From the NCBI GenBank assembly GCA_963764625.1, contig CAVXTH010000006.1, positions 192,001-256,000 of the forward strand: a stretch of DNA of 64,000 nucleotides. Reading direction: 5' to 3'. The notes below the pieces were generated by a model. That model had not been told where the DNA came from and did no database searches. It saw only the letters and a program-made list of their open reading frames with translations. This document shows, one piece after another, positions 1 through 11,721 of the stretch. Made by a program: the position numbers and the translations under genes. Each line of letters begins with the position of its first letter. Position 1 is the stretch's first letter. Origin of the DNA: Candidatus Krumholzibacteriota bacterium. GTDB taxonomy: Bacteria > Krumholzibacteriota > Krumholzibacteriia > JAJRXK01.

Positions 1-376
1 CCGGCGCGCCGCTCTTGAGCGCTTCATCCATGATGCGGCAGATCTTCTCCGCGTTGGCCATGCTCATGCTTCCGCCGAACACGGTGAAGTCTTGCGCAAA
101 GAGGTAGACCAGGCGGCCGTCCACCTTGCCGGCCCCGGTGATGATGCCGTCGCCCAAAGGGCGCGTTTTTTCCATTCCCAAGTCGTGGCAACGGTGGGTG
201 ACGAAGACTCCCGTTTCCTGAAAGGTGCCTTCGTCGAGAAGGAGGTGGATGCGCTCGCGGGCCGTGAGCCGACCGGAGGCGTGGATCTTGTCGATCCGGG
301 CCTGTCCTCCTCCCAGGAGGGCTTCCTGGTGCTTGGCGGCCAGCTCTTGGATCTTCTTTTGAGTGTTCTCGCCCAT
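1..376 (-). CDS. pccB: acyl-CoA carboxylase carboxyltransferase beta subunit (PccB-like), runs off the window edge
   Basis: Manual translation [10 protein letters not shown]...[32 protein letters not shown]...[31 protein letters not shown] is the typical carboxyltransferase N-terminus. Not in the ORF track because it is open at the edge. Confidence 0.85.
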   Translation of the reverse strand, partial: MGENTQKKIQELAAKHQEALLGGGQARIDKIHASGRLTARERIHLLLDEGTFQETGVFVTHRCHDLGMEKTRPLGDGIITGAGKVDGRLVYLFAQDFTVFGGSMSMANAEKICRIMDEALKSGAP

Positions 377-496
377 GGTTCCAAAGGGGTATTGGTGCGG
401 CGCGCCTGGCTACGCCTGCGACCGTGGATTCGTTCCGAGGGTCCAAGAGAAAATAGACTAACAGAGGAGGGAATTCAGTGCTTCAAAGAAAACGCC

Positions 497-3230
497 CTAG
501 CGGACGATGAGAACCGAGTTGAGCGCGCCGAAGCCGTCGGAAACTCGGCTCGGATTGGCCGGATCGGCGATCCAGCGGGTTCCATCGACGACGAGCTTGT
601 ACTCAAAGCTGCCGGGACGAAGGCGGATCTCGGTGCGCCAGACCCCATCGTTGCCGCGACTCAAGACGTTGGCCCGGGGGCTCCATCCGTTGAAGCTACC
701 GACCACAGAGACGCTCGAAGCGCCTCGATTGCGGTAGGTGATCGGAATCAAGCGCATCTCCACGCGGGTCTTTCCTTCGGGAGTGGCTTGATTCGGGGCG
801 GGTGCCGAGCCCAGATACGCGTAGCCCTCGACGAGCCTCTCCAGGCGATAGTCCGCGGCAAAGAGAGGGTCGCCGGTGACGTCCTTCAAGTCCAAACGGA
901 TCCGCGCGATTCCGTTGTCGTCCGCTTGCACTTTCACCAAAAGGTAATTCGAGCCCGGGGTGAGTCGGATCGCGCTCTGGATCGACCTCCGTAGGGTGTA
1001 GGTGCGCCCGATTTCGTATCCGTTCACTCTCAAGAGTGCATCGGTCGGTGATTCCAACTTCACTTGCGCATCGTGGGTCGAAGTGGACACCGCGCTCAGG
1101 CCGTACCAGATGGCCCCCGGCGGTCCGTGACCCAATTCGACCCACCCGTCGGTGGAGAGCGCGCTCGGGTCGATTTGCTGCCAACGCACGCGTCCTTCTT
1201 GCCCGCGGTAGCTTTGCCCGAGTGCCACCTGAGTGTCCGGCCCCGAGTGCCCCGCCAAGGGGGAGCTGACTCCGGGAGAGAAGGGACCGATGGTGAGCCA
1301 CCGGAAATGGACGGCGAACTGTTCGTCGAGTCTAGAACTAAGACCACGGTTGTCGTAGAAACGCCATTCCACCGGGTAGTTGCCGGGGGCAGAGTTGTCC
1401 GGCGCCGTGATGCGGACATCCCAGGACTGGGAGGACCTGGCGGAAAGCGTGAACGGCGTCGTGGTTTCCGGTTCCACTTTGAAATCAGACGGAACGACGA
1501 TCTCGTAGTGACCCTCGAGATCACTCATAAGGGAATTCTCGATGGAGATCTCGAAGTTGCGCGCGTGGCTGTTGCCCTGCGGAAGGGCGAGGACGGTGGC
1601 GCGCATGGGATCGACCAGCGAGCAGGCCGGGGCATGCTTCGGTGCGCCCCCGGGTCCTCTGAGGACGATCCACCAGAGCCCGGGATTCTCGGGAAGAGAG
1701 GGGAGACTTGCGTTCGCGCCCAGCCTTCCCTGAGCCTGCATCGTCACCGGCACGAAGGGACGGGTGTCTTGCCCGTCGGTCCAGGCGGCGCTCCACTGAC
1801 CGGGGATCTGGCGCTCCGCATCCGACTCCCGATCGAAGTGAAGATGGGCCGTGGGCGTGTGATCGCGGGTGACGACTCCCGGCTCGAGGCTCGCCGTGTA
1901 GTCCGCGTCCAGCTGACTGCGACACAAGAGCGTGGCGGCGTCTCGACGCAACAACTCCACGGCGGTCGGCAGCCATTTCTCGACGTCCCGATCGCGCAGG
2001 CTGAAGGCGGCCGTGGCGTTGGCACCATTCAAGCCCTGCTGGTCGGGCTCGCGGGCCTGCATGGACTGGCGTTCTCTGACGTCGAGCAGTTCCCATTGGT
2101 CGGCCCAACCCTGGAGCAGAGATCGCCACCGAATCCGCGGCGGCCGGGAGACGCGCGATGGCATCTTTCAGCGCGAGACGGGTGGCCAAGCTTTCCTCCG
2201 CCGTCAAGATGTGCCCACGGATGAGGAACTCGATGGCGACGCGGCTACGCTGCAGCTCCTTCGGGCTGGGAAGTGCGGTCGGAATGGAGAGGGAACCGTC
2301 TCCGAGATCGATGTTCATGGGTCCGCGACTGGGCAGATCCAGCTCGGTGAGGGTCAACCCGAGCATGTTGCTCAGTTCCGCATCGCCTAGCAGCGCCACG
2401 GCCCGGCTGAGGAGGATGGCATTCTGGTCGGGCCGCAGAAGGTCGAGCCCCGGCTGCAACGGCCAGCCGGAGGCGGGGTCCAGCCTTTGGGATAGGAAGG
2501 CGCGGGCCCTGGGGTCGTCGCGATCCTCGAGGGTTCCCCCCGCCAGAAGCTCGTAGGCAAGTCGGAGGGCGGCGCCGCGATCCGAGGGTGCGTTGAGAGC
2601 GATGGGCAAAAGATCGGCGAGATCCGGAGGATGTTGTTTCCGATGCCCCAGGGAGTCGTAGCGCGCATAGCCGCCGGTCGAGGGATCGTAGATGTTCCGC
2701 GCGATCCGGCGCTCGATCAGATCATGGTCCCTCCACCAGATCATCGCGTCGAAGACGTGACCCGCCCGGAGGGCCAGGCCAGCCAGAGCTTCGAGCTGGG
2801 TCATCTCCAGAGCCGGCAGGATGGCGGTCGTGCCGCGCGTGATGTGCATCGACGCGGGCAAGGCCTCGGGAAGGGCCTCCCACGCGCCGTGATTTTCGGC
2901 GTCGAGGTGATTGGAGAGCCAGAATTGCCAGCGGACCAGGGCCTTGTAATCGATAGAGTCGGGCTGGCCCACCTCGCGTTCTGCCTCGTCGACGACCCTC
3001 GCCATCAGCGGGATCTGCAAGGGATTGAAGGTCTTGGCCCGTTCATCCAGCTCTTCCGGTCGGGCCTGAGCCGTCCAATTCAGGAAGTTTCCCAGAGCTA
3101 CGTATGATTCCGCCACCTTCCCCGTGCTTACGACAGAAGGAGCCGGCGCAGCGGGGCGAAGGCCCGCGCAGAGCAGAGGGACGAGGAGGAGTGTGGCAGC
3201 CGCCCGGAGGCGGCGGCGTTGTGTGGTCAT
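497..3230 (-). CDS. large exported protein with Ig-like (NEW3-like) region and C-terminal CBM48/AMPK-type glycogen-binding domain; frameshift near 2120
   Basis: The signal peptide is in ORF 1521..3230. The C-terminal part is in ORF 497..2164, ending VSVVGSFNGW...WRTEIRLRPGSFEYKLVVDGTRWIADPANP...DGFGALNS (CBM48). The frames join at about 2120. Confidence 0.65.
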
Positions 3231-3358
3231 GACGGAAGCTCTGAGGCTGCAAGAGGCAGGCCAAGGAGTCCCTTGTCGTCACGGCGCTTCGGTGCTTTCC
3301 TGGAGCTTCCGATTCCCGCGGCCTCCCCGGCCGCTCAGACGCGAAGAGAGGTCGCTTC

Positions 3359-4531
3359 ATGCTCGAACCCCAAGCCGGCGTGGCTTCCGCCGTCCGCACC
3401 CCGATCGGGAAGTTTCTCGGCTCTCTCTCGGGCCGCAGCGCGATCGAGCTGGGGGTCTTCGCCGCCGGCCAGGCTCTCGAGCGGGCCGGACTCAAGGCAA
3501 GTGACATCGATCTGACCATCGTGGGCAACGCCCGTCCGGCAGGGCTGGGGCCGAATCCGGCCCGGCAGATCGCGATCGGAGCCGGGGTGCCCCAGGACAA
3601 GGTCGCCTACACCCTGAACATGGCCTGCGGCAGCAGCAGCACCGCCATCATCCTGGGGATCCAGGCCCTCACCCTGGGGAAGGCCAAACGGGTTCTGGTG
3701 GGGGGAAGCGAGAGCATGTCTCGCGTCCCCTACCTGTTGACTGAGGCGCGCATGGGCTACCGCATGGGCCACGCGCCAGTGGTGGACGGAATGTACCGCG
3801 ACGGATTCGACTGCCCGATCGCGCAGCAGGTCATGGGCCTCACGGCCGAGACTCTGGCGCGCGAGTACGAAATCTCACGTGAGGAGCAGGACCGTTATGC
3901 TCTCATGTCGCAGTCGCGCGCCGCGAAGGCCTGGGAGGAACGAGCCTTCGACGCGGAAATCGCGACAATTCCTGCCGCGGGGAAATTGCCCGCACTCGAT
4001 CACGACGAGCATTTGCGTCCCAACACCAGCCTGGAGAAGCTCGCGAAGCTCCCCACCGTGTTCGACGAAAACGGCACCGTGACCGCGGGATCGAGTAGCG
4101 GACTCACTGATGCGGCGTGCATGCTCGTGCTCGAGAAGCCGGGGCTGCGCGAGAGGCCCTTGGCGACCATCCTGGAGAGTGAAAGCGCCGGAGTGGATCC
4201 CGCGCGAATGGGGCTGGGACCGGTTCCCGCGACACGAACCCTCATGGAGCGCTGCGGCCTGAGCATCGGCGACTTCGATCTCATTGAACTGAACGAAGCG
4301 TTCGCGGCACAGGTGTTGGCGTGCCAGCGCGAGCTCGAGTTCGACATGGAACGGACCAACGTCCACGGAGGCGCGATCGCGCTGGGCCATCCCATCGGAG
4401 CCACCGGGGCGAGGATCACCACCACGCTCATCCACGCACTGCGCCGCCACGGAAAGTCCCTGGGTTTGTCGACTCTGTGCGTGAGTGGAGGGCTGGGCGT
4501 CTCGCTTGTGGTTCGGAACGAGGAAGCCTGA
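3359..4531 (+). CDS. acetyl-CoA C-acyltransferase (thiolase)
   Basis: RTPIGKF, NMACGSS, NEAFAAQ, GAIALGHPIGATG and LCVSGGLG motifs. Confidence 0.95.
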   Translation: MLEPQAGVASAVRTPIGKFLGSLSGRSAIELGVFAAGQALERAGLKASDIDLTIVGNARPAGLGPNPARQIAIGAGVPQDKVAYTLNMACGSSSTAIILGIQALTLGKAKRVLVGGSESMSRVPYLLTEARMGYRMGHAPVVDGMYRDGFDCPIAQQVMGLTAETLAREYEISREEQDRYALMSQSRAAKAWEERAFDAEIATIPAAGKLPALDHDEHLRPNTSLEKLAKLPTVFDENGTVTAGSSSGLTDAACMLVLEKPGLRERPLATILESESAGVDPARMGLGPVPATRTLMERCGLSIGDFDLIELNEAFAAQVLACQRELEFDMERTNVHGGAIALGHPIGATGARITTTLIHALRRHGKSLGLSTLCVSGGLGVSLVVRNEEA

Positions 4532-4556
4532 GAGCGGGTCCGTCTCGGCCAAGTCC

Positions 4557-5978
4557 TCAGCGGTAGGTACGGAACCTCAGGATGGTCGATTCCCCGGGAT
4601 CAACCCGCACCGTTTCGAAGGTCGCGGTGCGACCCACTCTTCCCGAATTATCGAGACATTCGACCACGACCCGATGCTCTCCGGCCGGGACCCGCAACTG
4701 CGCGATGTGAATGCGATCGGGAAGCATGCTCCAGGAGCGAGTGTCGGCTCGTTCGGTGGCCACTGAAGTGAGGTTGGCCAAGAACCCGGCAACCTGGCCC
4801 TTGTCCTTGGCTGCCTTGGTCATTCTCCACTTGGCGAGAGCGCGGAGCATGGTCTTCAGGAGGCGCTTGCCGGCTCCTTCCTCGAAGGTGAGCTGGGCGA
4901 TGGCGGAGACGTCTTCGGCCAGCTCCGTCTTCTGGCTGCGTCCGTCCGCCATCAAACGCGCGTGAGTGAGCTGTGGGGGAGTGGCGACCATGATCGGCAT
5001 TGCGACCCGCAGCCAATACGCCACCTTCACCTGCCTCTCCTTCTTGACCCAAACCTCGCGCCTGCCGCGCCGCGTGAGAACCGTCACCATCTCTCCATCG
5101 TCTCGGTCCTTGTCCGATTCGAGGATGGGGAAGAACACGGCATTCTCCTCGAGGTGATCCACGAACCCGCTTTCGTAGATCAAGATGATGCGCCCTTCGT
5201 TGCGAGCCAGCGGCTCGAGCTCGTCCGCGAGCTCGGGGCGGGCCTGCAGCATTGTGTTGGCCTCTTCGTTGAATCCGAATCGACGCGCCCAGCGGGTGTA
5301 GTCCAGAAGGAACTCTTGGGGCATCGGAGTGGAGAAGGTCCTCTCGTAGTTTTCGTAGGCCGCCATTCCGCGACGGGCTGCGACCATGGCCGAGTTCGCG
5401 TCCCGATCCTCTGCGAAGATCATCCCCGACAGCCACTCCGCGAAAGCGTCATCGGTGTAGGCCTCCTTGTCGTCCCGAATCAGGGCGAGTTGGTCGAGGC
5501 GCAGGCCAGCTCGGCGGCATTCCACCAGAGCGTCCTGATGATTTCCTTCGAACAGGTAGTTCAGGGCTCCGTAGATGTGGAGCAGCACCTGCTCGTGGGG
5601 ATAGCCGCTGTAAGGCAGGGTTCCGTCGTTGGTCAGAAACGCGAGGGCTTCGCCGCTGATGCTCTTGGTGAATTGATCTTCGATCTTGGAATCAGCGAGC
5701 TGGAAGGCCTGGTTGCTCTCGTCGTAGCGTTCCGCGTAGTGGTAGAGCAATCCGCGTTGCAAGAGGTTCAGAACGTCGGGGTCCTTTCCCCCCTTCTTCT
5801 CGGTGGCTTGCACCGCCTTGGGTAGATCCTCCTCCAATAGGTCGGAGCGTAGCTGATTGCTGAAACTGCTGTAGGTGGAACATGCGCCCAGACCCCAGAC
5901 GGCGCCCAGAAGGAGGACGGTCCAGAGAAGCACGCGCCGCGAGCGGCGCGTGCCATGTTGCCACGACGGAAGAATCAT
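4557..5978 (-). CDS. COG3014-like TPR lipoprotein
   Basis: Lipobox LGAC, TPR-like helices, ERADTRSWSMLP motif; directly downstream of lpoB. Confidence 0.75.
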   Translation of the reverse strand: MILPSWQHGTRRSRRVLLWTVLLLGAVWGLGACSTYSSFSNQLRSDLLEEDLPKAVQATEKKGGKDPDVLNLLQRGLLYHYAERYDESNQAFQLADSKIEDQFTKSISGEALAFLTNDGTLPYSGYPHEQVLLHIYGALNYLFEGNHQDALVECRRAGLRLDQLALIRDDKEAYTDDAFAEWLSGMIFAEDRDANSAMVAARRGMAAYENYERTFSTPMPQEFLLDYTRWARRFGFNEEANTMLQARPELADELEPLARNEGRIILIYESGFVDHLEENAVFFPILESDKDRDDGEMVTVLTRRGRREVWVKKERQVKVAYWLRVAMPIMVATPPQLTHARLMADGRSQKTELAEDVSAIAQLTFEEGAGKRLLKTMLRALAKWRMTKAAKDKGQVAGFLANLTSVATERADTRSWSMLPDRIHIAQLRVPAGEHRVVVECLDNSGRVGRTATFETVRVDPGESTILRFRTYR

Positions 5979-5988
5979 GCCGAATCGC

Positions 5989-6609
5989 TCAAGCCTTGTA
6001 GTTGCCCTTACCGATGTACTTCTTGATTTGCTTCTGACCGATCCAGACCTTCTCGTTGGTCTGGATGTCGATGAGCTCGAGATTGGTCTGATAGAAGATG
6101 ACCTTGTCCTTGCCCTCTTCGTCGACGATCGAACCCACCGAACCGATGAGCATGTAGTCGGCGCCGAGTTCTTTTCCCATCTGTTTCACGGTCGCGGGAT
6201 CGGACCAGTCCTGCTGCGAATCGCGTTCCTCGCGGACCTCGCCCCGCTCGTCACGGGATGCGACCACGCGCACTCGTCCGCTATTGATAAACGCGACTTC
6301 GAGATTCTTGGTGAAGATGTTGGTGTCGATGTGTTCGCTGCTGTTGTTGCGAACGGTTCCCACGATGACCGTCGGACGGTCGGTATGCGTGGCCTCGAAG
6401 CGCGCCAACCAGGGGTTGGCCAGGACCTGGGCGATCATTTCCTCCGAGACCAGACGGGAATCGGTATCGTTCCAATTTCCACTGATGTCCACCGTCGTGT
6501 CCGTGCCGATGCGCTGCACGGTCTTGCCCCCGCAGGCAGTCAAGGAAGCCAGGGCGGCGGCGAGGAACATCGAAAGGACGATTCCACGGGAAAGCGTCAC
6601 TCGTGTCAT
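5989..6609 (-). CDS. lpoB: penicillin-binding protein activator LpoB family lipoprotein
   Basis: Lipobox LTAC; DISGNWNDTDSRLV, NNSSEHIDT, GKELGADYML, WIGQKQIKK. Confidence 0.85.
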   Translation of the reverse strand: MTRVTLSRGIVLSMFLAAALASLTACGGKTVQRIGTDTTVDISGNWNDTDSRLVSEEMIAQVLANPWLARFEATHTDRPTVIVGTVRNNSSEHIDTNIFTKNLEVAFINSGRVRVVASRDERGEVREERDSQQDWSDPATVKQMGKELGADYMLIGSVGSIVDEEGKDKVIFYQTNLELIDIQTNEKVWIGQKQIKKYIGKGNYKA

Positions 6610-6910
6610 GAGATAGACCTCCATCGGGGCATGCAAACTCTACGATCCAGCTCTTGACGCGTCTGCAAAAGCCGCGCCAGCATTTCCAGGAGGCTAGCCC
6701 ACGCCCGCGAAGAGCACAAGACAAGACGCGACGCGCAAGCAGGTGGTGAAAGCGAGGCGCCAGCGTTGTCCAAACACGGCGTCTGTGGTACAAAGAGGGC
6801 CAGTTTGAGCTTACGAGCCGACTTTCCCGAGCGGACCCCAATCCCTGCGGACTTCAGGCGACGCGTGCCCGTCGGCTGAGAGTCTCGCGATCTCGATCAG
6901 GAAGGCAGTC

Positions 6911-7693
6911 ATGGAGTTCCAAAACCTCTTGTACTCGGTGGAAGAGGGCATCGCCCTCGTCACCATCAATCGTCCCAAGGCTCTCAACGCGCTCAACCGC
7001 GAAACCATCGCCGAATTGGCCGCGCTCATGGATGAACTGAGCAGCGACGAGGACGTGCACGCCATCATCCTGACCGGCGCGGGGGATAAGGCTTTCGTGG
7101 CCGGCGCCGACATCAAGGAACTGGCTGCGAACAGCGCGCTGGAGAGTAACGACCACTCGAAATTCGGTCAGAGCCTCATGGATCTCATCGAAGATCTCGG
7201 AGTTCCCACCATCGCCGCGATCAACGGCTTCGCGCTGGGGGGAGGGCTGGAACTGGCGATGGCCTGCACCTTCCGTCTCGCCAGCTCGCAAGCAAGATTG
7301 GGCCAACCGGAAGTGAACCTGGGCATCATCCCGGGCTTCGGCGGGACCCAGCGTCTTCCACGCCTGGTGGGGCAGGGCCGCGCGCTTCACATGGTCCTTA
7401 CCGGTGACCCCATCGACGCCCAGACCGCTCTGAACTACGGGCTGGTCACGGAGGTCCACCCGCCGGACGCCCTCCTGGACGCGGCCAGGAAGCTGGCCAA
7501 GAAGCTGGTCGCCAAGAGCTCATTCACGCTCCGGGTGGCCGAAGAGACGGTGCGCCACGGCATGCAGATGGCCTTGGCGGAGTCTCTGGCCTACGAGGCG
7601 AGTCAGTTCGGGCTGGCGGCGGCCGCGCAGGACTACCAGGAAGGCATGACGGCCTTTCTCGAGAAGCGGAAAGCGGAGTTTCACGGTCGCTGA
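6911..7693 (+). CDS. enoyl-CoA hydratase (crotonase family)
   Basis: [54 protein letters not shown]. Confidence 0.95.
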   Translation: MEFQNLLYSVEEGIALVTINRPKALNALNRETIAELAALMDELSSDEDVHAIILTGAGDKAFVAGADIKELAANSALESNDHSKFGQSLMDLIEDLGVPTIAAINGFALGGGLELAMACTFRLASSQARLGQPEVNLGIIPGFGGTQRLPRLVGQGRALHMVLTGDPIDAQTALNYGLVTEVHPPDALLDAARKLAKKLVAKSSFTLRVAEETVRHGMQMALAESLAYEASQFGLAAAAQDYQEGMTAFLEKRKAEFHGR

Positions 7694-7832
7694 GCCGCCC
7701 GAAAAAGCAGACGGATGATCGTTCGTCGTTCGCGTGTGTTTCGGCTATATTATGGGCCGAAATTCAGGCCGCGTACTGGCGATTTTCCCGTCGCGCCGCC
7801 ATCCAAAACACAACTCGAAATGGAAGTGGGAC

Positions 7833-9059
7833 ATGTCAGTGGAGACCGCCTTCATCGTTGCCGGAGCGCGTACGCCCATGGCGGAGTGGGCAGGGGGCAA
7901 GACCGGCGAGGGCAAGCCGGGTGGGGCCTTCGCCCGGATCAGCGCCATCGACCTCGGGGTACACGCTTCACGCGCCGCTCTGCAGAAGAGCGGCATCACG
8001 GCGGACATGGTCGACGAAGTCGTGTTCGGCAATGCCCTGCAGACCTCTTCAGACGCGATCTACGGGGCGCGTCACGTGGGCCTGAAGGCCGGCGTGCCCA
8101 AAGAGCGCCCCGCTCTCACCGTGAACCGTCTCTGCGGATCGGGCATCGAGGCCGTGGTGCAAGCGGAGGCTCGTATTCAACTCGGACACAGCAAGATCGT
8201 CTTGGCCGGAGGCATGGAGAACCTCTCGCAGGCGCCCTTCGTCGTGCGCGGCGCGAGGCAGGGCATCAAGCTGGGTCAGGGCAAGCTGGAAGACTATCTG
8301 ATGGCCTCGCTCATGGACTCGCACGCCAAGTGTTACATGGCCATCACGGCGGAAAATCTGGCACGAGACTTCTCCATTTCGCGCGAAGAACAGGACGTCT
8401 TCGCGCTTCGTTCGTTCAACGCGGCGGAGCGCGCCATCGAGACCGGGATCTTCGACGAGGAAGTGGCGCCGTTGGAGATTCCCATGGGCCGCTCCAAGAG
8501 CATGAACTTCAAACACGATGACCACTTCTTCCCCAACTGCACGATCGAGGGGCTGAGTAAGTTGCGCCCCGCCTTCGCGGAAGACGGATTCGTCACCCCT
8601 GGCAACGCGAGCGGACTGGTGGACGGCGCCGCCGCGGTGCTCGTCACCGGCGAGAGCACCGTGAACGAGAAAGGCTTGAATCCTCTGGCGAGAATCGTCA
8701 CCCACGCGGTGGTCGGAGTCGAACCCACGCGCATGGGAATCGGACCGGTGCCCGCCATCTTGGCCGTTTTGAAGAAGGCCGGCATTGCCCTCGATCAGGT
8801 GGACCGCTTCGAAATCAACGAGGCGTTCGCGGCCCAGTATCTCGCGGTGGAAAAGGAACTCGGACTCGACCGGGAGAAAGTGAACGTGAACGGCGGAGCC
8901 ATCGCGATCGGGCATCCTCTGGCCGCCACCGGAACCCGCCTGCTTCTGACCCTCGGCCTGGAACTGAGGCGCCAGAAACTGCGTTACGGAATCGCCAGCG
9001 CCTGCATCGGTGGTGGGCAGGGCATCGCGATGCTCATCGAGAATCCGCAAGTCGTGTGA
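7833..9059 (+). CDS. acetyl-CoA C-acyltransferase (thiolase), second copy
   Basis: [30 protein letters not shown]; start taken at ATG 7833. Confidence 0.95.
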   Translation: MSVETAFIVAGARTPMAEWAGGKTGEGKPGGAFARISAIDLGVHASRAALQKSGITADMVDEVVFGNALQTSSDAIYGARHVGLKAGVPKERPALTVNRLCGSGIEAVVQAEARIQLGHSKIVLAGGMENLSQAPFVVRGARQGIKLGQGKLEDYLMASLMDSHAKCYMAITAENLARDFSISREEQDVFALRSFNAAERAIETGIFDEEVAPLEIPMGRSKSMNFKHDDHFFPNCTIEGLSKLRPAFAEDGFVTPGNASGLVDGAAAVLVTGESTVNEKGLNPLARIVTHAVVGVEPTRMGIGPVPAILAVLKKAGIALDQVDRFEINEAFAAQYLAVEKELGLDREKVNVNGGAIAIGHPLAATGTRLLLTLGLELRRQKLRYGIASACIGGGQGIAMLIENPQVV

Positions 9060-9117
9060 GGCGAAGCGCGTTGGGTATTGCGGACATGTCATTCCTGGGC
9101 GAAAGAGAGCTTCGATC

Positions 9118-11124
9118 ATGAGCACGGCTTTGAGTCAGCGCGAGGTGAAAGAAACGCGAGCGGAAGTGAGAATCGAGGGACGCATTCTCTATCTCACCGA
9201 AGATCCGGAGTTGATCCGCCAGCAGCTCGCGGGCGAGGACCTCGACTGGACCGAGGCGATGAAGCTGCGCGACAACATCTCGACCGACGAGATCACCCCC
9301 GCGTACATCTGCTACTACCACGACCAGACTCTGGGCGACTTCCCTTACCTGGGACTCATGGCGGGCGGCGAATTTCCGGTAAGCGAGAAAAGCGTGCGGA
9401 AGGGTGGATTCGCGGTCTCGGTGAGCGGGAAGCGCCGGGGCAAGGGAAGCAGCCGCGAGCAATCTCCCTACGCTGAGATGATGGCCGGGATCAAGCTCGT
9501 GGTCGCCGAGAACATCGAACGCATCTATCACCAGAACTGTCTCAACCTGGGAATGCTGGCTACCACCGACTTCTCCGTGCTCGAGCGGGTCAAGGCCGGC
9601 GAGACGATTCCCCTGAGCGTGTTCACCGAGGGAAAGGACGAGGTCACCCGACAGATCATCGAATACGGGGGGCTCTTCAATTTCAATCTGGCGCGACTGC
9701 AGGGTAAGGTAGTCATACCCGCCGTCGAGACAGCGCCCCGTCCCATGACGGTCGCCGACAAGATCTTCGCCCGTCACATGGTCACCGATCTCGCTGCAGA
9801 CGAGGTGGGAGTGAAGGCGGTCGCGCCCGGCGACAGTGGTTTCGTGCGCTGCGACCTTCGCTTCTCGCACGAGTACGTGACCCCAATGGCGGCGATCTTC
9901 TACGAGAATCTGGTGGGGAAGGACGTGCCTCTGCGCGACAAGCAAAGTGTGGTGTTCTTTCGCGATCACCTCACCTTCCTCGAGATGGCCATGACCCAGG
10001 AGCGAATCGACGCGGGCCTGTTGAAGGTAGCCCAGAGTCTGGCCACCAAACAGGCGCAGTTCGCAAACGACCAGGGGATCACCCTGCATGGCGAAACGCC
10101 CTCGGGCGGAAGCGAAGCGATTTGTCACTCCAAGGTGACGCAGAGCTATGCACTGCCCGGCCAACTCATCATCGGCACCGATAGCCACACCCCGCACAGC
10201 GGCGCCCTGGGTTGCGTTGCGTTCGGAGTGGGAACCACCGCGATCTTCAATTCCTGGATCACCCAGGACACCATGGCGCGCGTGCCAGAGAGCGTGAAGA
10301 TCGAGATCTCGGGTAAGCGCCGGCCGGGGGTGACGGCCAAGGACTTCATGCTGGAGATCCTCCGTCATCCCTACGTGCGCGATGGGCAGGCGATCGGCAA
10401 GATCGTGGAGTACTGCGGCAAAGCGGTGGAGGAATTGGGAGTCGACGAGCGGGCGACGATGACCAACATGGCGGCCGAGGTGGGGGCTCTCACCGGCATC
10501 GTCGCGCCCGACCAAAAGACGGTCGACTTTCTCATGGAGTGGCGGGGCATGAAGCGAGAAGAGGTCGAGGCGCTAATCAAGGGGCTCTTCAGCGACGCGG
10601 GCGCACGCTACGCCAAGACGATCAGTCTTGACGCCGCTAGCATCGAGCCGCTGGTCGCGCTCCCGGGCGATCCGGGCAACGGGGTCGCCATCTCTCAGCT
10701 CGAATCTCCGGTGACCATCGACATCGCCTACGCCGGATCATGCACCGCCGGCAAGAAGGAAGACATGGACATGTACGCGGAGGTTCTCAAGAACGCCGTC
10801 ACGAACGGGCGCCGCGTGCATCCTCACGTCACCTTCTGGATTCAATTTGGCAGCCAGGAGGTCAAGGAGTACTGCCGGGAGCGTGGCTATCTCGAACTCT
10901 TCGAGCAGGTGGGGGCCAAGGTGATCGAGCCTTCGTGCGGCGCCTGTATCAACGCCGGTCCCGGGGTGAGTGACAATCGGTCACAGGTGACCGTGTCGGC
11001 GATCAACCGGAACTTCCCCGGCCGGAGTGGTCCGGGGCAGATGTATCTGGCCAGCCCGTACACCGTGGCCGCCAGCGCTCTGGCCGGCCGGATCGAGGCC
11101 TATCAGCCCGCCGGCGCGGCCTAG
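9118..11124 (+). CDS. aconitase-family hydratase with LeuD-like swivel domain fused N-terminally to a LeuC-like [4Fe-4S] domain
   Basis: DNISTDEITP and GKGSSREQ (small subunit), then DSHT, GSCT, CGAC, NRNFPGRSG (large subunit). Confidence 0.9.
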   Translation: MSTALSQREVKETRAEVRIEGRILYLTEDPELIRQQLAGEDLDWTEAMKLRDNISTDEITPAYICYYHDQTLGDFPYLGLMAGGEFPVSEKSVRKGGFAVSVSGKRRGKGSSREQSPYAEMMAGIKLVVAENIERIYHQNCLNLGMLATTDFSVLERVKAGETIPLSVFTEGKDEVTRQIIEYGGLFNFNLARLQGKVVIPAVETAPRPMTVADKIFARHMVTDLAADEVGVKAVAPGDSGFVRCDLRFSHEYVTPMAAIFYENLVGKDVPLRDKQSVVFFRDHLTFLEMAMTQERIDAGLLKVAQSLATKQAQFANDQGITLHGETPSGGSEAICHSKVTQSYALPGQLIIGTDSHTPHSGALGCVAFGVGTTAIFNSWITQDTMARVPESVKIEISGKRRPGVTAKDFMLEILRHPYVRDGQAIGKIVEYCGKAVEELGVDERATMTNMAAEVGALTGIVAPDQKTVDFLMEWRGMKREEVEALIKGLFSDAGARYAKTISLDAASIEPLVALPGDPGNGVAISQLESPVTIDIAYAGSCTAGKKEDMDMYAEVLKNAVTNGRRVHPHVTFWIQFGSQEVKEYCRERGYLELFEQVGAKVIEPSCGACINAGPGVSDNRSQVTVSAINRNFPGRSGPGQMYLASPYTVAASALAGRIEAYQPAGAA

Positions 11125-11585
11125 CCCGCTTCTTCCTGCTCGTCGAGGTCCGCGCGCACGGTCAGAACCGGGCACGCAGCCTTGCGAACCACTCGCTCGG
11201 TGACACTGCCGAGCAGGAAGTGACTCAAGCCGGAGTGCCCATGGGTGGACATGATGATCATGTCGATCTCGTGAGCCTTGGCGTATCTGGTGATCTCGAG
11301 GGATGGGTGGCCCTCGGCGACCGCGAGAGTGATTCTCTCGTCGGGCATACCGAGTTCGGCCGCCAGCCGTCCGAGCCGTTCTTTGGCCGCCTCTCGGATT
11401 CGGTCGTCCATCTCAGGCGGTGCGACCGACCAGCTCATGTCGGCAACTTGAAGGCTGGTCTCGACAACGTGGAGGAGATGGACCCGGGCCGAAAAGCACT
11501 TCACCACCTCACGGAGGTGGGGAATCGCGTGACGCGCGTTCTCGGAGAAATCAGTTGGATAGAGTATGGTCTTCACGGGCAACAT
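11121..11585 (-). CDS. universal stress protein (UspA family)
   Basis: ILYPTDFSE...DMIIMSTHGHSG...LLGSVTERVVRKAACPVLTV. Confidence 0.95.
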   Translation of the reverse strand: MLPVKTILYPTDFSENARHAIPHLREVVKCFSARVHLLHVVETSLQVADMSWSVAPPEMDDRIREAAKERLGRLAAELGMPDERITLAVAEGHPSLEITRYAKAHEIDMIIMSTHGHSGLSHFLLGSVTERVVRKAACPVLTVRADLDEQEEAG

Positions 11586-11721
11586 GCTCCCACCTCCTCA
11601 ACGAGGCGAATCGGAGGATGCCCTCAAGGGCTGGAGAACGGGCACCTCTACGCTCCAAAGGTAGGATGCGGCCGGGCGGCGTCAAAATCAGGATTGTAGA
11701 AGTAGATTTCGGGAGGAAATC

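Noticed and set aside
6771-6785. CAAAC-ACGGC-GTCTG as another LexA box
   Set aside because: 5-bp spacer, imperfect right half, and the adjacent genes are not repair-related.
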